Positions 8,590 through 18,209 of a DNA stretch of 64,000 bases are shown piece after piece. The notes below the pieces were generated by a model. It ran no database searches, had not been told where the DNA came from, and saw only the letters and a program-made list of their open reading frames with translations. Location: NCBI GenBank assembly GCA_946411695.1, contig CAMKEX010000002.1:6141-70140 (forward strand). The letters are read 5' to 3'. The position numbers and the translations under genes were made by a program. The stretch comes from an uncultured Lachnospiraceae bacterium. Its GTDB lineage: Bacteria; Bacillota; Clostridia; Lachnospirales; Lachnospiraceae. Positions within the stretch are counted from its first letter, which is position 1. Each line of letters starts with the position of its first letter.

Positions 8590-9555
8590 ATGAAACTTTC
8601 TATCTGCACGGATGTTTTCGGAAAGATCCCTTTTACAGAAATGCTCGACAAGGTTGTCGCATACGGCCTTGATGCAATCGAGATGACCGCAGGCGGCTGG
8701 GGCGGCTGCAATTTCATCCCTTCCGCTGAGGAACTCATCAATGATGATGCAAAGCGCGAGGCATTCCTGGCCGAGATCACAAAGAGAGGCCTTGCCATCT
8801 CCGCACTTAACTGCTCCGGTAACCCCCTCATCGACACACCTATGGGCAAGATGCACTCCAAGACCATGCGCGACACCATGGTCCTGGCCGGCAAGATGGG
8901 CGTCGACACCGTCGTGACCATGTCCGGACTTCCCGCAGGAGCCCCCGGCGACAAGACCCCCAACTGGTTCGTCTCCACCATTTCCTGGCCTGAGTATGAA
9001 GGCTTCAACTACATGGCAGAAGGCGTCAAGTATCAGTGGAAAGTCGCAGGTGAGTGGTGGAAAGAGACCTGCCGCATCGCCAAGGAAGCAGGCGTCAAGA
9101 AGATCGCTATCGAGGAGTTCCCCGGAGCTCTGGTCCACAACGTCCGCACATTCAACCAGCTCTGCGAAGCGGTCGGCGAGGATTCCGATGTCCTGGGCCT
9201 CAACCTTGATCCCTCCCATCTGATGATCCAGGGCGCGGAGCCGATCGAAGCAGCATGGGCTCTGGGCGAAAAGATCTTCTATGTCCACGGCAAAGACGCC
9301 CGCATCGAGAAGCACAACGCCAACATCGACGGCATCCTTGAGAACCTCCCTGTCGAGTGCAGCGCACAGCGCAACTGGAACTATGTCGCAGTCGGCTGCG
9401 GCAGAGACCTGCAGTGGTGGAAAGAGTTCTTCTCTGTCTGCCATATGAACGGCTACGACGGCTATGTCTCCCTCGAGATGGAAGACCTGACCATGAGTGT
9501 CGGCGCCGGCCTGCAGACCTCCATCGATGCTCTTAAGGCGACTATCAGTCGCTGA
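8590..9555 (+). CDS. Sugar phosphate isomerase/epimerase (xylose isomerase-like TIM barrel)
   Basis: 'KIAIEE', 'LNLDPSHL', 'YVHGKD', 'VSLEMED' metal-binding pattern; AAGGAG RBS. Confidence 0.85.
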   Translation: MKLSICTDVFGKIPFTEMLDKVVAYGLDAIEMTAGGWGGCNFIPSAEELINDDAKREAFLAEITKRGLAISALNCSGNPLIDTPMGKMHSKTMRDTMVLAGKMGVDTVVTMSGLPAGAPGDKTPNWFVSTISWPEYEGFNYMAEGVKYQWKVAGEWWKETCRIAKEAGVKKIAIEEFPGALVHNVRTFNQLCEAVGEDSDVLGLNLDPSHLMIQGAEPIEAAWALGEKIFYVHGKDARIEKHNANIDGILENLPVECSAQRNWNYVAVGCGRDLQWWKEFFSVCHMNGYDGYVSLEMEDLTMSVGAGLQTSIDALKATISR

Positions 9556-9676
9556 TGCGACTGATCTCAGCCGCTGATACGGCTGATTCTCAGCCGGTAA
9601 GAATCTCCGGACTCAGATAACCGACAGAGTTTTTCTGTCCAGACGACTGACAGAGTGTTTCTGAAAGGAGCATTAA

Positions 9677-10597
9677 ATGAAAGTAGCATTTGACGTAGAT
9701 GTTCTCGCCAAGCAGATGAGCATCAAAGACATGGTCTACAAGGTGGCGGACTGGGGCTACAAATATATCGAGCAGTCCCCCCACCCCAGGATCAATCCCT
9801 TCTACAAACACCCCCTGTTCTCCAAGGAGTGTGAGGCGGAGTACCGCCAGGCTATGAAGGACACAGGCGTAGAGATTTCTTCCTTCATCGTTGTCTACCG
9901 CTGGTCCGGCCCCACTGAGGAGCAGAGACAGCACGCAGTAGCCAACTGGAAGAAGATCATCGAGATCGCCGTCAACATGGGCGTTCCGGTCATCAACACC
10001 GAATTCTCCGGCGATCCCAACCAGCAGGAGATCTGCAACGGCATGTGGTTCCGCTCCATGGAAGAGCTCCTTCCCATCATCGAGAAGGAAGGCCTCCGTG
10101 TCGAAGTGCAGTCCCACCCTTACGATTTCTGCGAGCTCAACGACGAGGCCTGCGATCTGGTCAAGTCCTTCCGCTCCCCCAACCTGGGCTATGTCTACAG
10201 CGCATCCCACGGTTTCTTCTATGACAACGGCAAGGGCGATGTCCGCCACATGCTCAAGTATGCCGGCGACGAACTGACCCACGTCCTCTTCGCGGACACT
10301 TACAACCAGACCAAGGACTGCCGTTACATCCTCAACCCGCCGTGGCTCAATGCCCGCGGCAAAGCGGATGTCACCATCCACCAGCACACCGCCATGGGCG
10401 AGGGCGAAGTGGACTTCCCCGGCATCTTCGAGACACTGCGCGAGATGGATTTCGCAAACAGGCAGCTGAAGGCTGACGCCCCCAAGGTAGGCGGCGACAC
10501 CATCGCATGCGTATCCTACTTCGGATTCCCGGAGAAGATGGACAAGCAGGCTCCCGAAGCCAGAGAGATCATCGAGAGAGAACTTCTGGGCAAGTGA
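9677..10597 (+). CDS. iolH: IolH-like sugar phosphate isomerase/epimerase
   Basis: 'GYKYIEQSP', 'YRWSGPTEEQRQHAVANWKKIIEIAV', 'HPYDF', 'FFYDNGKGDV', 'HVLFADT', 'VTIHQH' match B. subtilis IolH as recalled. Confidence 0.75.
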   Translation: MKVAFDVDVLAKQMSIKDMVYKVADWGYKYIEQSPHPRINPFYKHPLFSKECEAEYRQAMKDTGVEISSFIVVYRWSGPTEEQRQHAVANWKKIIEIAVNMGVPVINTEFSGDPNQQEICNGMWFRSMEELLPIIEKEGLRVEVQSHPYDFCELNDEACDLVKSFRSPNLGYVYSASHGFFYDNGKGDVRHMLKYAGDELTHVLFADTYNQTKDCRYILNPPWLNARGKADVTIHQHTAMGEGEVDFPGIFETLREMDFANRQLKADAPKVGGDTIACVSYFGFPEKMDKQAPEAREIIERELLGK

Positions 10598-11215
10598 TTT
10601 CCCGTCTTTTTACAGACGGCCGCATCTCCTGATCCCCTGCCGGCTGACGGCGGGGCCGACAAATGAAGAATGAATTTGTTGTTGAATGATTATTTTATTC
10701 ACAGCAATTCGTTACCTCCTATCCTGCCTGTTTATCGGGCAAGGCAGTTAAAGGGCGTTTTTCCCCGTTGGAATCCCTGTACCAATAGAATTTGGAAAAA
10801 CGCCCGGATTAACTGACCGGATAGAGACGGCAAGACTGCAGCCTGAAGGTGGATGACCCGTGAAGTGATGTGTGAAAAATGCGTGCGGGCCCTAAAAGAG
10901 TCTCGGTCAGTCTGCATTTTGCACAAAGAGCGTCTTGGGGAGAAAGTACACAAATGTGCAATCTGCTGATGCCGAAGTTCGGGGTTTTGCGAGTGAACGC
11001 GGTTTTATTCTCCGGAAAAAATGTGCGTGACCTTTCTTTTGAACTCTGTGCACACGATATGCGTGCAAAAATGCGTGCAAAATACAAAAAGAGACAAAAA
11101 CGCACACGGTACCGGTAACTTTGGTATAAGATACCGGTAACGCAAACGAAATGAAACGAGATTTTTTTGGGTAATATGCACCAAAAAGGCGTGCGGATTA
11201 TAGTAAAATTTACCT

Positions 11216-11245
11216 CTTGCGTGCACCTGCACGCAAGGGTATAAT
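11216..11245 (+). promoter_or_regulatory. Promoter of the sugar ABC operon with a palindromic operator between -35 and -10
   Basis: TTGCGT(11217-11222)-N17-TATAAT(11240-11245); perfect inverted repeat CTTGCGTGCA-cc-TGCACGCAAG (11216-11237). Confidence 0.75.
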
Positions 11246-11305
11246 TTGAGATAACCAATCATTGGCAGGCTAAATAAGTCTGCCCAAAATCAAGGAGGGT
11301 ACACT

Positions 11306-12343
11306 ATGAAAAAGATGAAACTGTTTGCCACACTGGCTGTTACTGCAGCCATGGTGCTCAGCCTGGCAGCTTGCGGCGGCGGCAGCTCTGCTGCTCCTGC
11401 AGCTTCCGATTCCGGCAGCACAGGCGGCGGCGCAGCAGCAGGCGGCGAGAAGATCACTCTGATCATGTCTCAGCGTGATGAGTTCCTGAGCTCCCTCGAG
11501 GCAGGCGCGAAGAAGGCTGCCGGCGAGCTCGGCGTCAACCTGGTAACACAGGATGCCAACCAGGACGAGTCCAAGCAGATCCAGTACGTTCAGGCTGCTG
11601 CAGCTGATGGCCAGAAGGCTATCATTGTTAACCCCATCAACCCTTCCGCATGCCAGTCCATTATTGACGCAGCAGGCGATATGAAGGTTGTCTTCGTTAA
11701 CCGTGTTCCGGATGACACTTCCATCCTGAACGAGAACGCTGTCTATGTCGGATCCGATGAGCATACCTCCGGTAAGTTCCAGGGCGACTTCCTTGCCAAG
11801 TATTTCAATGACAAGGGCCAGAAGGATATCAAGTACATCCTGCTCAGAGGTATTGAAGGCCAGACTTCCACAACTCTTCGTTCCGAGTCCGTTCTCCAGG
11901 CACTTGCCGACAACGGCATCAACGCAACCGAGACCTATGCAAAGAGCTGCCTGTATGACCGTACCGAGGCTCTGAACCAGATGGGCAACATCCTTGCAGA
12001 CGCTTCCAAGGAATTCGACTGCATCATCTGCAACAACGACTCCATGGCTCTTGGCGCAATCGAGGCCTGCACACAGGCTGGCAAGACCATCGATTTCCCG
12101 ATCGTCGGTATCGATGCTACAGCTGACGGCCGCCAGGCTATCAAGGACGGCACACTTGCTATGTCCGTATTCCAGGATCCCAACGGCCAGGGCGGCGGCG
12201 CAGTCGCAGCTGCACTGAACCTGATCAACGGCGATGCTCTTAACGCAAACACCAACTTCGAAGTTGACGAGACCGGATTCATCCTCTGGGTTCCTTTCGA
12301 AGAAGTTACTCCTGACAACGTAGCGGATTATGACAATCGGTAA
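11306..12343 (+). CDS. Sugar ABC transporter substrate-binding lipoprotein (RbsB/MglB-like)
   Basis: Lipobox LAAC, Peripla_BP-like 'ICNNDSMALGAIEA', 'IVGIDAT'. Confidence 0.9.
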   Translation: MKKMKLFATLAVTAAMVLSLAACGGGSSAAPAASDSGSTGGGAAAGGEKITLIMSQRDEFLSSLEAGAKKAAGELGVNLVTQDANQDESKQIQYVQAAAADGQKAIIVNPINPSACQSIIDAAGDMKVVFVNRVPDDTSILNENAVYVGSDEHTSGKFQGDFLAKYFNDKGQKDIKYILLRGIEGQTSTTLRSESVLQALADNGINATETYAKSCLYDRTEALNQMGNILADASKEFDCIICNNDSMALGAIEACTQAGKTIDFPIVGIDATADGRQAIKDGTLAMSVFQDPNGQGGGAVAAALNLINGDALNANTNFEVDETGFILWVPFEEVTPDNVADYDNR

Positions 12344-12503
12344 TATTTGCGTACCTGCACTGCAGCAAATGAGGTAACTGATCATTTTGCGGCAATACAA
12401 TAAACGCAGATAAATCAGGCGGTTGACTCCAAAACCATACAAGGTGGGTATCGGGTCTGTCCATCCGGTACCCACATTTTTATAAACGGGGAGGTAAAAC
12501 AAA

Positions 12504-14033
12504 TTGGCTGATGAATATATTCTGGAAATGCACGGGATATGTAAGTACTTTCCAGGTGTAAAGGCTCTTGACGGTGTTGAGCTCCAGGTCCGTCCCGGAA
12601 CTGTCCACACACTGATGGGAGAGAACGGCGCCGGAAAATCCACTCTGATGAAATGCCTGATCGGCATGCAGCCGGTCACTGCAGGAACCATTATTCACAA
12701 GGGCAAGGAAGTTCACTTCAAGAGCGTCCAGGACTCCATCCATGCAGGTATCACCATGATCCAGCAGGAGCTGTCCCCTGTCCTTGAGCGTACTGTCGCG
12801 GACAACCTCTGGCTTGGCCGCGAGCCCATGAAGAACAAATTCATGTGCGACAACAAGGCACTCTATACTGAGGCTGAGGCACTCTTCAAGAAACTCAACC
12901 TCGAAGTAGATGTCTATGCAAAGATGAAAGACCTGACGGTCGCGAAGCAGCAGATGGTCGAAATCGCGAAGGCCGTTTCCCATGATTCGAATATCGTTAT
13001 CATGGACGAGCCTACTTCCGCACTTACGGACGCAGAGGTCGAGGATCTCTTCCGTATCATTGCAGACCTGAAAGCAAAGAATGTCGCGATCATCTATATT
13101 TCCCATAAAATGGATGAGATCTTCCGCATCAGTGATGACATCACGGTCTTCCGTGACGGCACCTATGTGGGTACCGACCGCGCAGCAAATCTCAATAACG
13201 AGAAGCTGATCGAGATGATGGTCGGCCGTAAGATCACCAACATGTTCCCGAAGATTCCCTGCCCGATCGGCGATGTCATGTTCAAGGTCGAGAACCTCAA
13301 TTCGGGCAAGCAGGTCAAGAATGTTTCCTTCGAGGTCCGCAAGGGCGAGATCCTCGGATTCGCAGGTCTGGTCGGCGCCGGCCGTACCGAGACCATGGAG
13401 ACGATCTTCGGCATGCGCAAGAAAGACAGCGGCAGGATCTGGCTGAACGGCAAAGAGCTCAATATCAAGTCTCCCCGTGATGCCATCGACAACAAGATCG
13501 GTCTGCTGACCGAGGACCGCCGCGGCAACGGTATCTTCGGCCTGCTCTCCATTACGGACAACACGACAGTTGCCAACTGGGGTGCTTATGGTATGCCCAT
13601 GAACAACAAGCAGATGCTCAAGGATACGGAGGAGTACAACACCAAGCTCCGCACCAAGACTCCTACATGGGAGACCCGTATCATGAACCTGTCAGGCGGT
13701 AACCAGCAGAAGGTTCTGCTCGCAAGATGGCTTCTGACCAAGCCGGATCTCCTGATCGTTGACGAACCCACCAGAGGTATCGACGTCGGTGCCAAGTCCG
13801 AGATTCACGAGCTTCTGTCCAAGCTGGCAGGCGAAGGCAAGGCCATCATCGTGATCAGTTCCGAGATGCCTGAAGTCATGGGTATCTCTGACAGAATCGT
13901 TGTCATGCACGAAGGCGAGATGACCGGTGTTCTGAATCGTGACGAGTTCTCTCAGGAGCTGCTCATGAGATATGCAACCGGTGGTTCTGCAGTTGAAGAG
14001 CTGAAAAAACAGCAGGGCTCTTTAGAGTCATAA
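12504..14033 (+). CDS. Sugar ABC transporter ATP-binding protein (MglA/RbsA type)
   Basis: TTG start with GGAGG RBS; Walker A GENGAGKS, MDEPT, LSGGNQQK, VDEPTRGIDVG. Confidence 0.95.
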   Translation: MADEYILEMHGICKYFPGVKALDGVELQVRPGTVHTLMGENGAGKSTLMKCLIGMQPVTAGTIIHKGKEVHFKSVQDSIHAGITMIQQELSPVLERTVADNLWLGREPMKNKFMCDNKALYTEAEALFKKLNLEVDVYAKMKDLTVAKQQMVEIAKAVSHDSNIVIMDEPTSALTDAEVEDLFRIIADLKAKNVAIIYISHKMDEIFRISDDITVFRDGTYVGTDRAANLNNEKLIEMMVGRKITNMFPKIPCPIGDVMFKVENLNSGKQVKNVSFEVRKGEILGFAGLVGAGRTETMETIFGMRKKDSGRIWLNGKELNIKSPRDAIDNKIGLLTEDRRGNGIFGLLSITDNTTVANWGAYGMPMNNKQMLKDTEEYNTKLRTKTPTWETRIMNLSGGNQQKVLLARWLLTKPDLLIVDEPTRGIDVGAKSEIHELLSKLAGEGKAIIVISSEMPEVMGISDRIVVMHEGEMTGVLNRDEFSQELLMRYATGGSAVEELKKQQGSLES

Positions 14034-14052
14034 TCAGGGAGGGTAGAATCGA

Positions 14053-15039
14053 ATGAAGTCCAAAGCTGAGAAATCTCAATTTAGTAAGTTAATTTCCGAT
14101 AATGGTATCTGGGTGGTTCTGGTCGTTCTGATTATTGCCATTACCATCGTAAACCGCAACTTCTTTACACCGAACAACGCAGTCGCACTGCTGACCGGTG
14201 AAGCCGTCAAGGGCGTTATGACCTTCGGCGTTACTCTGGCAATCCTGTCCAAAGGTATCGACCTGTCCACAGGTTCCGTTGCTGCTCTGTCCGCAATCTG
14301 CTCTGCAGCACTCTGCCAGGCTTCCACTTCCAAACTGTGGGCCGGACTGCCCACCATGCCCGCGATCGTCGGTATCCTGGGCGGTATCTGCATCGGCCTG
14401 ATCGTCGGTTTTGCAAACGGCTGGATGGTTGCATACCTTCGTCTGCATCCCTTCATCGCTACTCTGGGTACACAGCTGATCTGCCGTGCGCTCTGCAAAC
14501 TGATCACTCCCGGTCCCGTTTCCAAACTGACTCCCGGCTTCCGTTTCCTGGGCAACGGCAAGGTTGGTCCTTTCCACATGATCGTAATCGTCATGATCAT
14601 CATGTTCATCATCCTGGCATTCATGCTGAAGATGACCAGATTTGGTAAGTCCGTCTATGCAGTCGGTGGTAATGATCAGGCAGCAAGAGTTGCCGGTATC
14701 AACGTTGAGCATACTCTGGTTAAGGTTTACATGTGGTGCTCCTTCTGCGCAGCTCTCGGCGGCGTCCTCCTTGCAGGCCGTTCCGACTCCGCAGACCCTG
14801 CTAACACAGGTCTGAACTACGAGCTGGATGCAATCGCAGCAGCAACCGTCGGTGGTACTTCCCAGACTGGTGGTATCTGCCGTCCCTCCGGTGTTATCGC
14901 CGGTATCCTGATCATGGGCGTTATCAACAACGGCATGGTCATGATGGGTGTCAACGACCAGATGACATTCATCGTCAAGGGTCTCATCATCATCGGATCC
15001 GTTGCATTCGATATGAGAAAGAACGCTGTCAAGAAATAA
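14053..15039 (+). CDS. Sugar ABC transporter permease
   Basis: 'GIDLSTG', 'PFIATLG', 'FGKSVYAVGGN', 'YELDAIAAATVGGTS'. Confidence 0.95.
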   Translation: MKSKAEKSQFSKLISDNGIWVVLVVLIIAITIVNRNFFTPNNAVALLTGEAVKGVMTFGVTLAILSKGIDLSTGSVAALSAICSAALCQASTSKLWAGLPTMPAIVGILGGICIGLIVGFANGWMVAYLRLHPFIATLGTQLICRALCKLITPGPVSKLTPGFRFLGNGKVGPFHMIVIVMIIMFIILAFMLKMTRFGKSVYAVGGNDQAARVAGINVEHTLVKVYMWCSFCAALGGVLLAGRSDSADPANTGLNYELDAIAAATVGGTSQTGGICRPSGVIAGILIMGVINNGMVMMGVNDQMTFIVKGLIIIGSVAFDMRKNAVKK

Positions 15040-15105
15040 TTGAATTTCAACTGACATTGTTAAACCCTGTTCGTCAATATACCTGTATAGCTGTATAGGA
15101 TGAGG

Positions 15106-15148
15106 CAGAGGGCAGAGGAAGACGCAGTCTTCTTCTGCCCTCTTTTTA
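15106..15148 (+). terminator. Intrinsic terminator of the ABC operon
   Basis: AGAGGGCAGAGGAAGAC-gca-GTCTTCTTCTGCCCTCT-TTTT. Confidence 0.75.
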
Positions 15149-15314
15149 TGTGCAGCAGTCCGGCTGGTGTGATCGGGCAGATGTTGGAGCAGTAAAAAAG
15201 AAAAGGCAGCCCCGCGGGACTGCCTTTTACAATTGCGTTTTTATTCTTCATGGCACGGGACTTGCAGGCGATGAAGAAAAAATATGCGCTGCCTTGCTGC
15301 ATCCGAAAGGGTCT

Positions 15315-16406
15315 TCAGGTATGCAGGGAGGAGATAGCTTTTACCTGCTGGAACTGCCTGGTGAATTCGGATGACAGAGAGAAATGGTAATTGTATGCAT
15401 TGATGATGCGAATATCGGTATAGTAGTATTCCTGATCCGGTTCTCTTTTGTTGTAGTGCCATAGAAAGAGTAAATACAGGGACATAAATCCCTGTCCGAA
15501 TCCATCGTCGTCAATAACATAGTCGATTGTCCGGTCCAGAATATCTTCACTCCGGCAGGCGGCCAGGTCGTGCAGGATCAGATGAATATTCGAAGAGAGA
15601 GCCAGCTCTTTCAGGATGCTGCAGAGTTCGATGGAGCCTTCCCCGCAGAGATAGATGCCGTTTACATCCGGGTGCAGATCCAAAGAAGCCCTCGCCATTC
15701 GGGCCAGTGTCTCACGGCTGTTTCCGGTCTTTTTTTCTTCGATAATGTGTATGTCTTTATACCTGTGGGAAATAATGTCGCGGAATCCGCGGATCCGCTC
15801 AGTGTGGATCGTGGAATCCAGTCCGTAGTAGACAATAACGGAACCTTCGCCGCCCAGAAGATCTGCCATAACACTGGCTGCGGTCTGACCGCTGCCATAG
15901 GCGTTTTGTCCGATGAAAAAACTCCGGTGAGAACTGGGGACGTCGGAGTTCACAGTTACGACGTCAATATTTGCCTTTTTGCACGTGTCAATCTCACGGC
16001 GGAGTGCGGAGTCGTTATTTCCGACAAGAATGATGGCAGAGACTTTTTCTTCATATAACCGTCTCATGCCGGCGACAGCCTGATCGGAATCCATACCCTC
16101 AATCCGGATGATCTCTACTTCAATCCCATACTGCATGAATTCTTCCGTTGCAGTCATAATGCCGCGCAGAACTTCCTGCATAAACGGAGTTTCAATAAAT
16201 TGCAGAATGACACCGAATTTCCGACGATGCGAAGTCAGAGCGAGAGCACGGGCGTTGGCATTAGGAGTATAGCCCATTTCCTCTGCAATATGCCTGATCC
16301 GTTCAGCGACCTGGGGCTGAATACGTCCCCGGTTGTTGAGAGCGCGGTCTACTGTTCCTCTGGAGACGCCGGCTGCTCTGGCAATCTCGTTGAGTGTAAC
16401 TGCCAT
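15315..16406 (-). CDS. LacI family transcriptional regulator
   Basis: N-terminal 'VTLNEIARAAGVSRGTVDRALN...MGYTPNANARAL' plus sugar-binding domain. Confidence 0.92.
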   Translation of the reverse strand: MAVTLNEIARAAGVSRGTVDRALNNRGRIQPQVAERIRHIAEEMGYTPNANARALALTSHRRKFGVILQFIETPFMQEVLRGIMTATEEFMQYGIEVEIIRIEGMDSDQAVAGMRRLYEEKVSAIILVGNNDSALRREIDTCKKANIDVVTVNSDVPSSHRSFFIGQNAYGSGQTAASVMADLLGGEGSVIVYYGLDSTIHTERIRGFRDIISHRYKDIHIIEEKKTGNSRETLARMARASLDLHPDVNGIYLCGEGSIELCSILKELALSSNIHLILHDLAACRSEDILDRTIDYVIDDDGFGQGFMSLYLLFLWHYNKREPDQEYYYTDIRIINAYNYHFSLSSEFTRQFQQVKAISSLHT

Positions 16407-16890
16407 GGATGTTCTCCCTGTTATTGTTTACTGCGAAAAGGCAAGACTCGCCCGGGAGCCTTGCGCGTTTATCCCTTGACGGCAGCCACAGGTACTGCCC
16501 GATGAAGAATAAACCTGAAAGAGGCTGATAAAATGGTATATCTGCAAACCCGCCGGTGTACCTGACCTGCAGCTGCAGATGGGAAAAGGCGGGAAAGAGA
16601 TTTGCCTGTTTTTGACCTGAATTTGCTATCATTGTATCAAATTTAATACATACTTATCAAGAGATTAGATATTGGGATAGGAACGAATATTCGTTCTCAT
16701 ATGCGTCTGCGGCGGGCTGAGAGGATGAGGATTGACAGACGCGGGGGCGCATTCTACACTGTTATCGGTATGTCTGTAGGGGGATCTAAGCAGGACAGAC
16801 AGAGATGTCAGTACAATAGTTGTTGATGCCCCTCGACAGGGGGGACAGCCATTAGCCATATCGTAGACATGTAAGAGGACAAAAAGAATC

Positions 16891-17829
16891 ATGTATGATG
16901 TAACTGTAATCGGCTCGTCAGTGATCGATATTCTCGCCGCGCCCTTTGATCCGGATGCTCTGGCAAGGGGGAAACGGGATGTGGACCAGATCAGAATGTC
17001 TTTTGGCGGAGATGCCCTTAATGAATCAGTTGTGTTGAGCCGGCTTGGCAAAAAAGTGCAGCTGATCAGTAAGATCGGAGCGGATGAGGCCGGCCGCAGT
17101 ATCCGAAAACACCTGGAAAAAGAAAAAGTATCAACAGAGCATGTGATCGTCCAGCAGGGCCTCAATACTTCTGTAAATATTGCTCTGGTTGATGCGGGCG
17201 GCGAAAGAAAATTTTTGATGGACCCGCACAGCAGCCAGCGGAACCTGGGCCTTGAGGATGTCCTGCCCATGCTGGATGAAACTGCTCCGATCGTTTCCTT
17301 TGCGAGTATTTTTATATCGCCCTGTTTTTCTATAGAAAAAATGGAAAAACTGTTTTCCGGAATCAAAGCGGCAGGAAAGATCCTGGTGTCGGATGTCACA
17401 CGTCCCAAAAACGGAGAGACTTTTGAGGATTTGAAAGTCCTCTTTCCCTATATGGATGTCTTTGTACCCAACGATGAGGAAATCTTTCTGTTGACCGGGG
17501 AGAAGGACCCTTATAGAAATGTTCAGATGCTGGTAGACGCCGGGGTAAAGACCGCGGTTGTCAAGATCGGCAAGGACGGGAGTCTGGTCGGCACCGGGGA
17601 CGGGATTACACATGTACATGCTGTTCCGGGGGTAAAGTGTGTAGATACTACCGGTGCGGGCGACGCATTTGCGGCCGGATTCATATCGGGACTGATTGAG
17701 GGCAGAAGTATGACGGACTGCGCGCGGATCGGGTGTGCAGCGGCTTCCTGTTCGATCGAGCAGGTTGGCGCGACAGACGGTGTCCGGTCCATAGACCAGG
17801 TGATGGAGCGCTGCAGGCGTATCCCGTAA
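16891..17829 (+). CDS. PfkB family carbohydrate kinase
   Basis: 'FGGDALN', 'FVPNDEE', 'VVKIGKDG', 'VDTTGAGDAFAAG'. Confidence 0.92.
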   Translation: MYDVTVIGSSVIDILAAPFDPDALARGKRDVDQIRMSFGGDALNESVVLSRLGKKVQLISKIGADEAGRSIRKHLEKEKVSTEHVIVQQGLNTSVNIALVDAGGERKFLMDPHSSQRNLGLEDVLPMLDETAPIVSFASIFISPCFSIEKMEKLFSGIKAAGKILVSDVTRPKNGETFEDLKVLFPYMDVFVPNDEEIFLLTGEKDPYRNVQMLVDAGVKTAVVKIGKDGSLVGTGDGITHVHAVPGVKCVDTTGAGDAFAAGFISGLIEGRSMTDCARIGCAAASCSIEQVGATDGVRSIDQVMERCRRIP

Positions 17830-17953
17830 TGCGGCTGCATGTATATCCTGTAATGCGGCTGCATGCATATCCTGTAATGCGGCTGCATGTATATCCTGTA
17901 ATGCGGCTGCATGCATATCCTGTAATGCGGGTGCATGCGTATCCTGTAATGTG
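17826..17953. repeat. 24-bp tandem repeat, 5 full copies plus a partial
   Basis: Unit GTAATGCGGCTGCATG(T/C)ATATCCT starts at 17826, 17850, 17874, 17898, 17922 and (partial) 17946. Confidence 0.95.
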
Positions 17954-18107
17954 ACTGCTGTAAGCAGGGAGTACAATAGTTTGGACTCACAATGATTTTG
18001 CGCTGTCAATTATGTACGTATCTCATGGCATCTCTTGCAAAAACGCACAAAAACAGATACAATAAATTGTGCAGAACAGAGAAATAGTGAAAAATGCGAA
18101 AAATAGC

Positions 18108-18136
18108 TTGCACGCAAAATACCTGCGTGCTAATAT
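18108..18136 (+). promoter_or_regulatory. iolC promoter overlapped by TGCACGCA/TGCGTGC motifs
   Basis: TTGCAC(18108-18113)-N17-TAATAT(18131-18136) with TG extension. Confidence 0.65.
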
Positions 18137-18209
18137 AAAAGCACAAGGAACGAACAACAAATGCACGCAAAAAGGCACGCACAAATGCGAAATTCATTGG
18201 AGGGGTAAA

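Noticed and set aside
9556-9676. Degenerate short direct repeats (CTGAT..CTCAGCCG; GACAGAGT..TTCTG) between the isomerase genes
   Set aside because: Only two imperfect copies of each; too weak to support a feature.
12446-12476. Hairpin between the binding-protein and ATPase genes as a novel RNA
   Set aside because: An intercistronic stem-loop after a binding-protein gene is a common mRNA-stabilising element.
17826-17953. CRISPR array
   Set aside because: The units are contiguous with no unique spacers and no cas genes are present; it is a minisatellite.
17131-18009. ORF with ALQDIHA repeats
   Set aside because: It is antisense to pfkB and is kept open by the 24-bp repeat; there is no RBS or family motif.
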